NCBI GenBank assembly: GCA_945888435.1
Contig: CAMCZW010000007.1
Location: forward strand, 12,700 to 76,699
Reading direction: 5' to 3'
DNA length: 64,000 nucleotides
Source of the DNA: a bacterium UBP8_UBA817
GTDB taxonomy: Bacteria; Margulisbacteria; Marinamargulisbacteria; SXXA01; SICP01
The notes beneath the pieces were generated by a model that worked only from the letters and a program-made list of their open reading frames with translations, had not been told where the DNA came from and did not search any database. Positions 20,801-28,954 of the stretch are shown piece after piece. Positions within the stretch are counted from its first letter, which is position 1, and every line of letters begins with the position of its first letter. The position numbers and the translations under genes are program-made.

Positions 20801-21649
20801 CTTCGTCAGCATCACAAGCAACTTCAAGCGATCAATATCTTCCTGAGAGGTAAGCGGCATCCCTTCCCGATCCAACACAAAGACATCATCTTCAGCCCTC
20901 GCGCCATACGTCGCAATCGACAAGCTCTCAATCGACAATCGATACTGAAAAAGCGCCGTGGCCAATGAATATAAAAAGAACGGTGTATCATCCGACACAA
21001 TCCGGATATGCGTCACCATCGACGGATGAGAATCCACCGAAATCTCAATCGGAAACAATCGATTCGGCAATACAAATTGCCCTTGGGAAATATAATCCGA
21101 CACCCACCGATTCACCCATTCCCCAGCTCGCTCCAAGCTCACATCATCGCCAGTATCCAATAACGCAATCACCGTATCCAATCGAGACACCAATTCCCGA
21201 TGCCATTTATGAAATGACGGCTTATGTCTCAATTTACCCCGAAAGCAATCCACAATCGACCGAGGCTTACCCTTAGCCACCTGCCGAGTCTCCAAAAATC
21301 GGCGCATATCCACCTGAGATCGCTGTTGAGAGGCATAGGTAAACGCCATCCCCGATTCAATATTCATTGAAAGAGAACTTAAAATCCCAGTAAGCATCAT
21401 AAAAATACGAGGGAAATCAAAAGATAAAACAGTGACAGTGACGTCATCATCGGTATGCCAATTCAGCAAGACAGAGAACCGTTTCTTATCCCGATTCATC
21501 TCAAAAAAAGTGCGAATGTGTGCGCATTGATCATCAAAACTAAAATAACCAAAATAGCGATCAGGAAGTCGATTCAGGTGATCTCGAACAAAGGACTCAT
21601 CCGAGAGCCCTAACTGCGACACATATTCATGAAAGTCAGGTTTGGACAT
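17852..21649 (-). CDS. glnE: glutamine synthetase adenylyltransferase / adenylyl-removing enzyme GlnE-like protein (two tandem nucleotidyltransferase domains, 1265 aa with ~300-aa N-terminal extension)
   Basis: Two GlnE-type NT motifs: FGKLGGGELNYSSDLDLVAIYDP and LGKMGGMALGYASDIELMVVFGDEG. Confidence 0.6.
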   Translation of the reverse strand: MSKPDFHEYVSQLGLSDESFVRDHLNRLPDRYFGYFSFDDQCAHIRTFFEMNRDKKRFSVLLNWHTDDDVTVTVLSFDFPRIFMMLTGILSSLSMNIESGMAFTYASQQRSQVDMRRFLETRQVAKGKPRSIVDCFRGKLRHKPSFHKWHRELVSRLDTVIALLDTGDDVSLERAGEWVNRWVSDYISQGQFVLPNRLFPIEISVDSHPSMVTHIRIVSDDTPFFLYSLATALFQYRLSIESLSIATYGARAEDDVFVLDREGMPLTSQEDIDRLKLLVMLTKQFTFFLDRSPNPFDALSRFQQLVSHILALATGNEWVGLLSNPRVLKDFARILGTSDYLWEDFIRTHHDAVLPVLKPHISQLGKVFNLRELSIRFRRAVRGIASLDERVSALNEFKNRENYYIDLNHMAGEFDFRALSSQLTLLAELVIRVLTKWIYQDLKRQYGAPTGVGGIETPYAVMGLGKMGGMALGYASDIELMVVFGDEGMTSGEVSMSNSEFFSKLVQGLGEKLKSKRDGIFQLDFRLRPYGNSGPLAVSLDLFNRYYGGFEEKIHEYERLALVRMRFVAGQFRLGEQVIRLRDEYVYLSGHLDVQSLWQLRQRQLSEKVTSGKANAKFSAGALVDLEYAVQILQVEHGRHSGILRTPSIHDALAGLKQIGVLKKAQQDHLNRSYDFFRHLINGLRMLRGNAKDLDLPVEGSLELDYLARRIGYLAKGQMSPSVLLMADFDYFTAQVRGFVSEYFSSISYPAAGNLADIVLNPQLDSIRRDMILTRLGIRNVTQAYSNLVKMMSGVKPISLVASVLVLASHTRPFKTDPDQVLNVWERFLANLPNKAAHFKAVSRQPMVLDMLLDVFVMSQFLSMLLISRPESMEWVFNQKYLNELLKRGWLDEELASIATLPDARVQMAMVRRRELLKIAIRDLYLQSPLVDITAELTRLAQSIITAVLNQIWRTQDFGLTQDQIEQVSLGLCLVAFGKLGGGELNYSSDLDLVAIYDPCYGEEAGVDQDALHAIYTRVVERFRDYVMKVEEGGLMYRVDFKLRPFGRSGELVIQLDQWVHYYETHASLWEYQAFLRCMPAAGNWMVGFEAMTRIRQLISKGSYQMLPRQVAFLRQQSVAAAKRRLLSTVDIKNGQGGIRDIEFLVQVIQLQHVQEYPDLFVGHTVAALFSLKRYELLPNSAVDRLLEAYIFLRRLEHVLQLSDDRQTHSLPQDDVMLLRIARRLMGEENEGEISVDQFLGEINRVMIEVSESVKGYGGKSDEKI

Positions 21650-21720
21650 TAAATAATCCTATGCTAGTATAAAAATCGGCTTTTCATTACAAAGTGTACA
21701 CAAGAAACGAGGAGAATCCC

Positions 21721-22491
21721 ATGTCCGATCACGATCAAGAGCAATTAGAATATAACGACGGCATAGGTGACCTCCTTCGCAATAAGGACCCTCGCAAATT
21801 CAGTTGGCTAAAAACAGGCATCACATTCATCCTGTTTATCGTTGGAGTTTTCGTTACTCTCAACTTTTTATTTAGCTATGGCAAATCAGTATTAACCAGT
21901 CCTTCAGACCAAAAAGCAGGAGCCCTTCAAGAAAATTTCCAATCAGATTTCGACAAAATCGAAGCCAACAATGCCGACATTAATACCGAAATTGAAAAAT
22001 CACTTGAGAATATCCCCCCAACACCCGTTGTTGCGGTGAAGCCTCCAGTCAAAACAATCCCAAAAGTAGTCCCCGTCGCACCGAAAGTAGCGGGTGCTGT
22101 GGTTAAACCAGCAGAAATCAAAAAAGTAGAAGTTAAAAAAGTAGAAGTTAAAAAAGTAGCTGAAGTAAAGCCCGTCATTGTTAAAGAAGTCATCGTCAAA
22201 AAAGAAATAGCCAAAAAAGAAGTAAAAAAAGAAGTGAAAGTGGTCAGTAAAAAAGCAACTGGCACTCCTTACAAAGTCATTTCCGGATCATTTGATAGTG
22301 CAGAAAAAGCCAAGGCTCAAAAAGAGGCCCTCATTAAAAAGGGATATCCAGCGTTCACCAAGGCCATCACTGAAAATGGAAAAACAACCTATCAAATTCA
22401 AAGCGGCGCATTTAGTACCAATAAAAAAGCCGCACAATTCAAAGCAGACCTCGATAAAATCGGGTTCGCCAGCGTAATTGCCCCCCAATAA
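21721..22491 (+). CDS. SPOR-domain (peptidoglycan-binding) membrane protein with Lys/Val-rich KKVEV repeats
   Basis: C-terminal SPOR-like module YKVISGSFDSAEKAKAQKEALIKKGYPAFTKAI...YQIQSGAFSTNKKAAQFKADLDKIGF. One TM segment. ATG at 21721 with a GGAG SD; the track start at 21694 is GTG. A 15-bp tandem repeat (aaaaaagtagaagtt) x2.5 lies at 22120-22165. Confidence 0.7.
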   Translation: MSDHDQEQLEYNDGIGDLLRNKDPRKFSWLKTGITFILFIVGVFVTLNFLFSYGKSVLTSPSDQKAGALQENFQSDFDKIEANNADINTEIEKSLENIPPTPVVAVKPPVKTIPKVVPVAPKVAGAVVKPAEIKKVEVKKVEVKKVAEVKPVIVKEVIVKKEIAKKEVKKEVKVVSKKATGTPYKVISGSFDSAEKAKAQKEALIKKGYPAFTKAITENGKTTYQIQSGAFSTNKKAAQFKADLDKIGFASVIAPQ

Positions 22492-22494
22492 TCA

Positions 22495-23520
22495 GTGTCG
22501 ATAAGCTCTCTATTTAGATTATTTTCAAAAGACGTCGGTATTGATTTAGGTACCGCAAATACAGTCGTCTATGTTCAAGGCGAAGGTATCGTCGTCCGGG
22601 AGCCATCGGTCGTTGCCATCGATCAAAACACGCAAGCCGTCATGGCCATCGGTCACGAAGCCTACGCAATGGTCGGCCGTACGCCTGGCAATATCGTCGC
22701 CGTCCGCCCCATGAAAGACGGCGTCATCGCCAACTTCAATATTGCCGAAAAAATGATCAGAGCTTTCATCGAAAAAGCCAAAACCATCAAAAAAATAGGT
22801 AAACCCCGCATCCTCATCGGCGTCCCGTGGGGCATCACCGACGTCGAGAAACGAGCCGTCATCGAGTCCGCCTACCAAGCAGGCGCCAGAGAAGTCATTC
22901 TCATCGAAGAACCCATGGCCGCCGCAGTAGGCTCCGGAATCCCCGTCCTAGAACCTCAAGGCCACATGGTCGTCGACATCGGCGGAGGCACCACCGAAAT
23001 TGCAGTCATCTCCCTAGGCGGCATCGTCGTCTGCAAATCCAGCCGCGTAGCCGGTGACGAGTTCAACGACGCCATCATCCAAAGTTGCCGTAAAAACTAC
23101 AACCTCCTCATCGGAGAACGCATGGCCGAAAACATCAAATTCCAAATCGGATCCGCCTACCCCTTTGAACAAGAACTAGAAATCAAAGTCAGAGGCCGTG
23201 ATCTACTTAATGGCCTACCCAAAACATTCACCATCAATTCCATGGAAATCAGAGACGCCGTCTCCGAATACGTCACCACCATCATCGACGCCCTCAAAAT
23301 CACCCTAGAAAACACTCCCCCAGAACTCGCAGGTGACATCACCCAAAAAGGCATCATGCTCACCGGCGGAGGCTCACTCCTCAAAGGCCTCGACAAACGC
23401 ATTCAAGACGAAACCGGCCTCCCAGTCACCATCGCAAACGATCCCCTATCCTGCGTCGCCATCGGCACCGGCCGCATCCTAGAAGAAAACATGCTGGACA
23501 AACTCACGATCGGGGTTTGA
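22495..23520 (+). CDS. mreB: rod-shape-determining actin homologue MreB
   Basis: FSKDVGIDLGTANTVVYV plus the phosphate-1/2 and adenosine motifs of actin-like ATPases. GTG start at 22495. Confidence 0.9.
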   Translation: MSISSLFRLFSKDVGIDLGTANTVVYVQGEGIVVREPSVVAIDQNTQAVMAIGHEAYAMVGRTPGNIVAVRPMKDGVIANFNIAEKMIRAFIEKAKTIKKIGKPRILIGVPWGITDVEKRAVIESAYQAGAREVILIEEPMAAAVGSGIPVLEPQGHMVVDIGGGTTEIAVISLGGIVVCKSSRVAGDEFNDAIIQSCRKNYNLLIGERMAENIKFQIGSAYPFEQELEIKVRGRDLLNGLPKTFTINSMEIRDAVSEYVTTIIDALKITLENTPPELAGDITQKGIMLTGGGSLLKGLDKRIQDETGLPVTIANDPLSCVAIGTGRILEENMLDKLTIGV

Positions 23521-23540
23521 TATACTTTACACCCCAAAAC

Positions 23541-25175
23541 TCAACTAAAAACCAAATCCAACCGCTTAAAAATAACCTCACGCAAAGGTAAGCCTCCGTC
23601 CTCTCCAAGATACTCTAAAAAATGACGCTTCACATCCCTCGTCACATCATCCAAAATCCCCAAAAGCACCGGTTGATATCGATCATCCGCCATCAAGGTT
23701 TCAAATACCTTCATCCAAATCAAGCTCATGGTCGAATACTCTCGCATCTCATCAGTCGCAAATACTTCCGCAAACGACAGTTGGTCAGGCTGCGAGGCAG
23801 CGTCTTCATCTAAAACAAACTGACAAAAGTTATCAAAATTGACGGTTTCTCCATCACAGTCAAACTCGGCAGCCTCGGCCACGGTCTTTAACTTCGCAAC
23901 ACCTAAAGTTACCTGAGATAATGCCAAGTTCAAAATGCCATCATCCGCATTAATCGCCAAATCAAGGCGTGAAAAATCAACATTACCATCATTACCAACC
24001 GCAGAAATCATTACCGATGTCATCAACTCTGAATACAAATACATATACTCATCCGGCGTATCAAAAAACCAGACATCCGATAAATACATCCAAAACATCC
24101 GCTCCGCCCGATCATAATCAGTCAGCGAAACATCCACCATATTTTGCAAAGGCCCCTTCACATCCCCCAACCAGGGTGCGAAATCTGCCAAGACCTCTAA
24201 AAGCGCAGTCACAACGGACTCTCCACACATCTTGCTCGCCTCTGCGATCGGGGCCACATCAGGGCTAAGCAAATGATATTGAATCACCCCATGCCCCAAC
24301 TCATGATTAAGCACCGTCTCTTTCAAATCAAAAATAAAAGACTCCGTTACCACCTCTAAATCAGCAGTCGTTCGGACCCCATAACACTCAAACACGCGCC
24401 TGCGAATCATGGCCGACAGCCGATGTTCAATCCCATAATAATCAAAGGCCCCATTAAAGGCATACGGCAAAAACGACGCCCACTTCATCTGAAACACCGC
24501 CGCCATCGCCTCATCTCTCACAAAAATCTCACGTTCGCCAATCACTGCCGCCATGGGCATAATCGTCGTCGGCGACCGCAGCACTTCACGCTCAAGTACA
24601 AAAACCCGGTAATCCCCCATCAATCCAAAGGTCCCCTTACCCAAAATAAATTCACGGTAAGGCCCATAAACACCCCCCTGCAAAATCAAGGGAACCCCAA
24701 CAAATAGCAATAACCGGTTCAAGCTCGTAAAATCATGAATCGTAAACTGAAGTCCCAAAATCTCAATCGTCATCTCATCAACACGCTTTTTCAAGTCATC
24801 TTGCGACACATACTTCAATTCAAATTTATCCAAAAAATCAGCAGCCAGGCTCAAAAAGCGCCCCTTCTCCTGATATCCCCAAGGAGCCTGAGGTGTAAGC
24901 CCAAGCTCACATCGCCCAAACGCAGACTCACAGGCCTCCCTGCCCGCATCCGTCCAATCATTAGATACGCACATCAATTGATAAATAGAATACGCAAAAA
25001 CGCGCAATTGAGAGGTTAAGTCATCAGCGATCCCATGAACAAACCCATCCCATTCCAAATCGGACAGAGGTTCAGCAGCTTCCGCCAAACACGCCCGCAA
25101 CCCACCGATCTGGCTCCATCGGCCATAATCCGACACAATCGCTTGAACACGCTTGTCCAAACTCAAAGGCTTCAT
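23541..25175 (-). CDS. HExxH...ExxAD zinc-metallopeptidase-like protein, paralog 1 (544 aa)
   Basis: HELGHGV followed about 33 aa later by LLEVLADF (gluzincin-like third ligand). Conserved block RMFWMYLSDVWFFDTPDEYMYLYSELM is shared with paralog 2. The ATG overlaps the stop of paralog 2. Confidence 0.6.
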   Translation of the reverse strand: MKPLSLDKRVQAIVSDYGRWSQIGGLRACLAEAAEPLSDLEWDGFVHGIADDLTSQLRVFAYSIYQLMCVSNDWTDAGREACESAFGRCELGLTPQAPWGYQEKGRFLSLAADFLDKFELKYVSQDDLKKRVDEMTIEILGLQFTIHDFTSLNRLLLFVGVPLILQGGVYGPYREFILGKGTFGLMGDYRVFVLEREVLRSPTTIMPMAAVIGEREIFVRDEAMAAVFQMKWASFLPYAFNGAFDYYGIEHRLSAMIRRRVFECYGVRTTADLEVVTESFIFDLKETVLNHELGHGVIQYHLLSPDVAPIAEASKMCGESVVTALLEVLADFAPWLGDVKGPLQNMVDVSLTDYDRAERMFWMYLSDVWFFDTPDEYMYLYSELMTSVMISAVGNDGNVDFSRLDLAINADDGILNLALSQVTLGVAKLKTVAEAAEFDCDGETVNFDNFCQFVLDEDAASQPDQLSFAEVFATDEMREYSTMSLIWMKVFETLMADDRYQPVLLGILDDVTRDVKRHFLEYLGEDGGLPLREVIFKRLDLVFS

Positions 25176-26914
25176 CAGGCTTTAAGCTGAAGAGGGACCT
25201 TTTTAGTCCCCTTATAAAACCGCTTCGCCGCCTCTTTATCCGCCACAATTCCAAGCTCAATCATTTTGTCAAAAATATAAGTGCGATGATCAAAGTTATA
25301 GGCCTCGGCTTTTTTACGACCACAGGAGAGAATCATGACTTTTTTGATGGTTTTTTCTTCTTGTTCATTTAAATATGTCACCATTTTATCTTTTGAGTCA
25401 GAAATCTTAATGACATAATTAACCATGTTCATCCAATATGAATTCAAAAAAACACTAGACTCTTCTTCTAAATAGGGATTATTAGATTTATATACACCCA
25501 TAACTACCTGTTTAAGTTTGGGATATTTACACAAAGTTGAAAGATCATATTCAGCAGACTCTATAATCTTTTTAATTTCCATAACATCCCAGATATAAAT
25601 TTCATATAACCGCTCAAGGGGTGTCAATTGATCTCGATCCGCTCGTTTTGGATCAATCACTAAATCTGACTTCATTAAATCAAAATCAATACTACGATCA
25701 CTACAGATATATCGAGTCAAAACTAATAGCATTAAATCTGAATATAAATACATATACTCGTCAGGAGTGTCATAAAACCAGACATCCGATAAGTACATAT
25801 AAAACATCCGAGTTGCACGATTAAAATCCTTTTCTGCGATCTGACACATATTTTGCATCGCGCCCCACATCTTTCCACGCTTAGGTGCAAAGTCTGCAAA
25901 AAATTCAAGTAAAGACGCATAAATAGTTTCCTTAACGACTTCAGTCCCTTTACCTTGAGCAACTTGTTCAGGAGTTAAAATCATATCTTCCATCACACAG
26001 TGTCCTAACTCATGATGCAGAACAGTATCTCGCATATCCGCAATAAAAGTAGCTGAAGAAGCCATCAACTGCGAAGCTGAAGTTATTCCAAATAATTCAA
26101 GGGTATGCTGCTTAATCGCCATCGAAATATTCCACGCGATATCAGAGGAAATCATCGAGCGATACATATAGTTGTTTTCAGCCACAGGAAGCCATTTTTG
26201 ATGAACAATAGACTCTAAAGCTTCTATTCTCATTAATGTTGTTTTATTACCCGTCACCGCAGCCAGCTGCATAATAACAGTCGGATGTCTGGCAATTTCT
26301 TTTTCTAAAATTAAAATGAGATAGTCCCCGATTTTATGTCGCTTACCTTCTCCATAAAAAAAGGACTTACGTCCACCCGCTTGTCCAGCAAAATAAACAT
26401 AAGAAGATCCTATCCATTGCAGTAACTCATTAACCCTAACAAAATCATGGTACTTAATCTTCTCTCCAAAAATATCAATTTCATAACTTTTAAAAAGTGT
26501 TTGAAGATAATCAAGAGGTTTATCAGAAAATTGATAGCGCTTTAAATAATCACCAAAAAGATCATCAAATTGTCTTTGATGATCATATGTCCAGGTTTCA
26601 GAAACCGGTAACTTTAAAAGACATCGTCCAAAAGCAGTTTTAACCTGACTTTCACCAGCATTACCCCACTCATTTGAAAGTATAATCACTTGATAATACA
26701 AACAGGATAATGTCAGTAATTGTTCTGTAAAATTAGTTTCAACAAGTTCACGAAGTGTAGCCAACTGCTTTTGAGGATATTCAATCTTTTGGCTAGCAAA
26801 ATATCTACTCATACTTTGATATTTCACTGGCAAAGAAGAAGACCTTAAAAGAGAAAGGCATTCCTTAGTAGGACTTAAGTCCTTATTTTCTTGAAAAAAC
26901 CTAAATTGACTCAT
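25175..26914 (-). CDS. HExxH...ExxAD zinc-metallopeptidase-like protein, paralog 2 (ATG start at 26912-26914; the track's TTG start is at 26929)
   Basis: HHELGHCV and LLEFFADF. About 35-40% identical to paralog 1 throughout. A ~75-nt stretch is near-identical at DNA level with paralog 1 (25736-25812 vs 24028-24105). Confidence 0.6.
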   Translation of the reverse strand: MSQFRFFQENKDLSPTKECLSLLRSSSLPVKYQSMSRYFASQKIEYPQKQLATLRELVETNFTEQLLTLSCLYYQVIILSNEWGNAGESQVKTAFGRCLLKLPVSETWTYDHQRQFDDLFGDYLKRYQFSDKPLDYLQTLFKSYEIDIFGEKIKYHDFVRVNELLQWIGSSYVYFAGQAGGRKSFFYGEGKRHKIGDYLILILEKEIARHPTVIMQLAAVTGNKTTLMRIEALESIVHQKWLPVAENNYMYRSMISSDIAWNISMAIKQHTLELFGITSASQLMASSATFIADMRDTVLHHELGHCVMEDMILTPEQVAQGKGTEVVKETIYASLLEFFADFAPKRGKMWGAMQNMCQIAEKDFNRATRMFYMYLSDVWFYDTPDEYMYLYSDLMLLVLTRYICSDRSIDFDLMKSDLVIDPKRADRDQLTPLERLYEIYIWDVMEIKKIIESAEYDLSTLCKYPKLKQVVMGVYKSNNPYLEEESSVFLNSYWMNMVNYVIKISDSKDKMVTYLNEQEEKTIKKVMILSCGRKKAEAYNFDHRTYIFDKMIELGIVADKEAAKRFYKGTKKVPLQLKA

Positions 26915-26926
26915 TAATACCCCAAC

Positions 26927-26960
26927 CAAAAAAAAGAGTGAGGCAATAAAACCTCACTCT
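26927..26960 (-). terminator. rho-independent terminator downstream of the small 121-aa gene (minus strand)
   Basis: Perfect 9-bp stem agagtgagg/cctcactct with an 8-nt loop. On the minus strand it is followed by TTTTTTT(T). Confidence 0.55.
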
Positions 26961-26993
26961 TTTCTAAGAAAAAATAAATCCTAATTAATCAAA

Positions 26994-27359
26994 CTATTCG
27001 CTAATCGCAACTTCTGAATCTAATCCATCAACAGAATGAAGTGTCGCAATTGCAGCTTCAGATAAATGATCTGACACAATTTCAACAGGGAATTCAACTG
27101 CAGGAGCTGTACGTCTAGCAGAAGATAAAGCTCTGCTATCCACAATCCCTAACTTCACACCTTCAGCCGTTTTAACGGTAACAAACGCTTCGCCTGCTTT
27201 AAGGGTAATCGCTTGTGGGGCATCAGTTAATTTTGATTTATCATCTGGATTAACTTTGGTGAGGTTAACACTCCTAACACTAGCAAATAAACCATTTTCA
27301 TCCGCTTTATTAACTGCTGTAATCGCCGAAGGTATAAATCCTATTCTTGGAATTGCCAT
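26994..27359 (-). CDS. small hypothetical protein (121 aa), probably highly expressed
   Basis: Perfect SD AGGAGG 7 nt before the ATG. A near-consensus promoter lies upstream and a strong terminator downstream. Confidence 0.55.
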   Translation of the reverse strand: MAIPRIGFIPSAITAVNKADENGLFASVRSVNLTKVNPDDKSKLTDAPQAITLKAGEAFVTVKTAEGVKLGIVDSRALSSARRTAPAVEFPVEIVSDHLSEAAIATLHSVDGLDSEVAISE

Positions 27360-27455
27360 AATAATTTCCTCCTAAGGAACTGCTCAACTACACTTTGGAT
27401 TTTTGGGTTGTGTAGCTGATGTATAAATTTTTACTTACTACTGTATTGTCGAACC

Positions 27456-27484
27456 ATCATAAAAAAAATTTCATCATTATTCAA
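27456..27484 (-). promoter_or_regulatory. sigma70-type promoter (minus strand): -35 TTGAAT, 17-nt spacer, -10 TATGAT, for the 121-aa gene
   Basis: Plus-strand attcaa at 27479-27484 and atcata at 27456-27461. The spacer is exactly 17 nt. Confidence 0.4.
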
Positions 27485-27576
27485 ATTAAATGTTTATTTA
27501 TAGGGTTTATCGACACTTTAGAAGTGATTTAAACACTCAGATTTCTCAGCTCTCGGCCATTTAAAAGAAGCACCGG

Positions 27577-27605
27577 TTGAGAGTTACCCATTACTCATCT
27601 AAAAT
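27577..27605 (+). promoter_or_regulatory. sigma70-type promoter: -35 TTGAGA, 17-nt spacer, -10 TAAAAT, predicting a leaderless HEPN/MNT transcript
   Basis: The -10 element ends 8 nt before the ATG at 27614. No SD is present upstream. Confidence 0.4.
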
Positions 27606-27613
27606 ACTTAAAT

Positions 27614-28027
27614 ATGACCATAAACATACGATGGAAACAACGATTTGAGCATTTTATCTTAGCCATCCTTCAGCTGGAAGAAGCCTTGTTGGCCTATGCT
27701 AACCATCCCACCAATACACTTTATCCAATGGCCATTATCCAAAGTTTTGAATTCACCTATGAACTCTCATGGAAGACTCTCAAGGATTATTTAACTCTAA
27801 ACGGAGTCCAAACCTCTCTTCCAAAAGAAACCATTAAATTAGCCTTCAAACATGAACTCATCGACAACGGACAAGAATGGATCAATATGCTTGAAGATCG
27901 CAATTTATTAGCCCATACCTACAGCAGTCAGGCATCCAAAGATGCCATTCAACGAATTGCATCAATCTATATTGGCCAACTAAGGCACTTCAAAACAACA
28001 TTCGAAAAACGATATGCTGAAGACTAA
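27614..28027 (+). CDS. HEPN-type nucleotidyltransferase substrate-binding protein (HI0074 family) - toxin partner of a HepT/MntA-like TA pair
   Basis: MTINIRWKQRFEHFILAILQLEEAL is typical of the HI0074 family. Overlaps the MNT gene by 14 nt. Confidence 0.7.
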   Translation: MTINIRWKQRFEHFILAILQLEEALLAYANHPTNTLYPMAIIQSFEFTYELSWKTLKDYLTLNGVQTSLPKETIKLAFKHELIDNGQEWINMLEDRNLLAHTYSSQASKDAIQRIASIYIGQLRHFKTTFEKRYAED

Positions 28028-28340
28028 TTCAGACTCCACTTCTTTTGGCATCCCCAAATCATCATTTCAATTGATCATAACTACTCTTCACTCATTCCCA
28101 GAAATTAAATGGGTCAAGCTGTACGGCTCAAGAGCACTCGGAACAGAAAAAAAAGGATCCGATATCGACATCGCCTACAGTGGCCCATCCCACATTCAGG
28201 CCCACCTCCTTGAACAACTGGAAGACCTAAGTACCCCCTATACATTTGATGTCACCCACTATGAAGAAATTACAGAAATCGGGTTTAAACATCATATTGA
28301 TAATCACGGAGTTTTACTGATTAAAAAAATCGGGATTTAA
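28014..28340 (+). CDS. minimal nucleotidyltransferase (MNT, HI0073-like) - antitoxin partner
   Basis: LYGSRALGTEKKGSDIDIAYSG (GS...DxD nucleotidyltransferase motif). Confidence 0.75.
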   Translation: MLKTNSDSTSFGIPKSSFQLIITTLHSFPEIKWVKLYGSRALGTEKKGSDIDIAYSGPSHIQAHLLEQLEDLSTPYTFDVTHYEEITEIGFKHHIDNHGVLLIKKIGI

Positions 28341-28365
28341 GGACACCATCCCCGATTTATCTTGA

Positions 28366-28605
28366 TTAAACCACTCAATAAATGGGGAGATAACCACCAT
28401 AAAACGATATATCACTCCCTATATACTGAAGGATCTTGACGATAAAATAATCCTGTTGTCCGGCCCCAGACAAGTCGGCAAAACAACGTTATCTAAAATG
28501 CTAATCCCCCATTATGAATATCTCAACTATGACCGCCTATCTGACAGAAAAATGATAATCAATCAAGAATGGGATCGAGAAAAAAGCCTTTTAATTCATG
28601 CGTAG
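28366..28605 (+). pseudogene. remnant of an AAA-family ATPase gene (AAA_14/DUF4143-type); only ~70 N-terminal residues remain, with no start codon
   Basis: Frame translation ...IKRYITPYILKDLDDKIILLSGPRQVGKTTLSKMLIPHYEYLNYDRLSDRK... includes the Walker A GPRQVGKTT. The frame opens after a TGA with no ATG/GTG start and stops at 28603-28605. Full-length homologues are about 400 aa. Confidence 0.5.
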
Positions 28606-28709
28606 ATTTTCAAAAAACATTGCGAGAGCCATCCAAAAACAACCCAAGATCACGCAGGAATACGAAAATTAGTCCCTTGGCTGGCAGAGTTTTAGTATCT
28701 ATCGTAAAA

Positions 28710-28727
28710 TACACATAGCAATGTGTA
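28710..28727. promoter_or_regulatory. inverted repeat tacacat-agca-atgtgta, candidate VapB operator overlapping the vapBC promoter
   Basis: Perfect 7-bp arms located 21 nt upstream of the vapB ATG. Confidence 0.4.
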
Positions 28728-28747
28728 TAAGGAATAAGGAGAAAGAG

Positions 28748-28954
28748 ATGAGAACCAACATTATCATTGACGATGATCTCATAAGAGAAGGGATGAAATT
28801 TAGTGCTATAAAAACAAAAAAAGCATTAATCCAGTATGCTCTCGAAGAATACATCGAAAATCATCGTCGTAAAAATATGGCTGATTTAAAAGGAAAAATT
28901 ACATTTTCTGAAGAATATGATCATAAAAAATTAAGACAAAATAGAATCTCATGA
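28748..28954 (+). CDS. vapB: type II antitoxin VapB (ribbon-helix-helix, Rv0623/VapB family)
   Basis: MRTNIIIDDDLIREGMKFSAIKTKKALIQYALEEYIENHRRKN. SD AAGGAG lies 6 nt before the ATG at 28748; the track start at 28721 lacks an RBS. The stop overlaps the vapC start (ATGA). Confidence 0.6.
   Translation: MRTNIIIDDDLIREGMKFSAIKTKKALIQYALEEYIENHRRKNMADLKGKITFSEEYDHKKLRQNRIS

Noticed and set aside
22546-23402. Several antisense ORFs inside mreB (e.g. 22827-23057 Arg/His-rich, 22546-22878, 23157-23402)
   Set aside because: Low-complexity translations antisense to a highly conserved gene. They have no RBS and are typical shadow ORFs.
28721-28747. Upstream ATG (28721) as the vapB start
   Set aside because: It lies inside the operator palindrome with no SD. 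The ATG at 28748 has AAGGAG at 6 nt and gives the canonical MRTNI VapB N-terminus.
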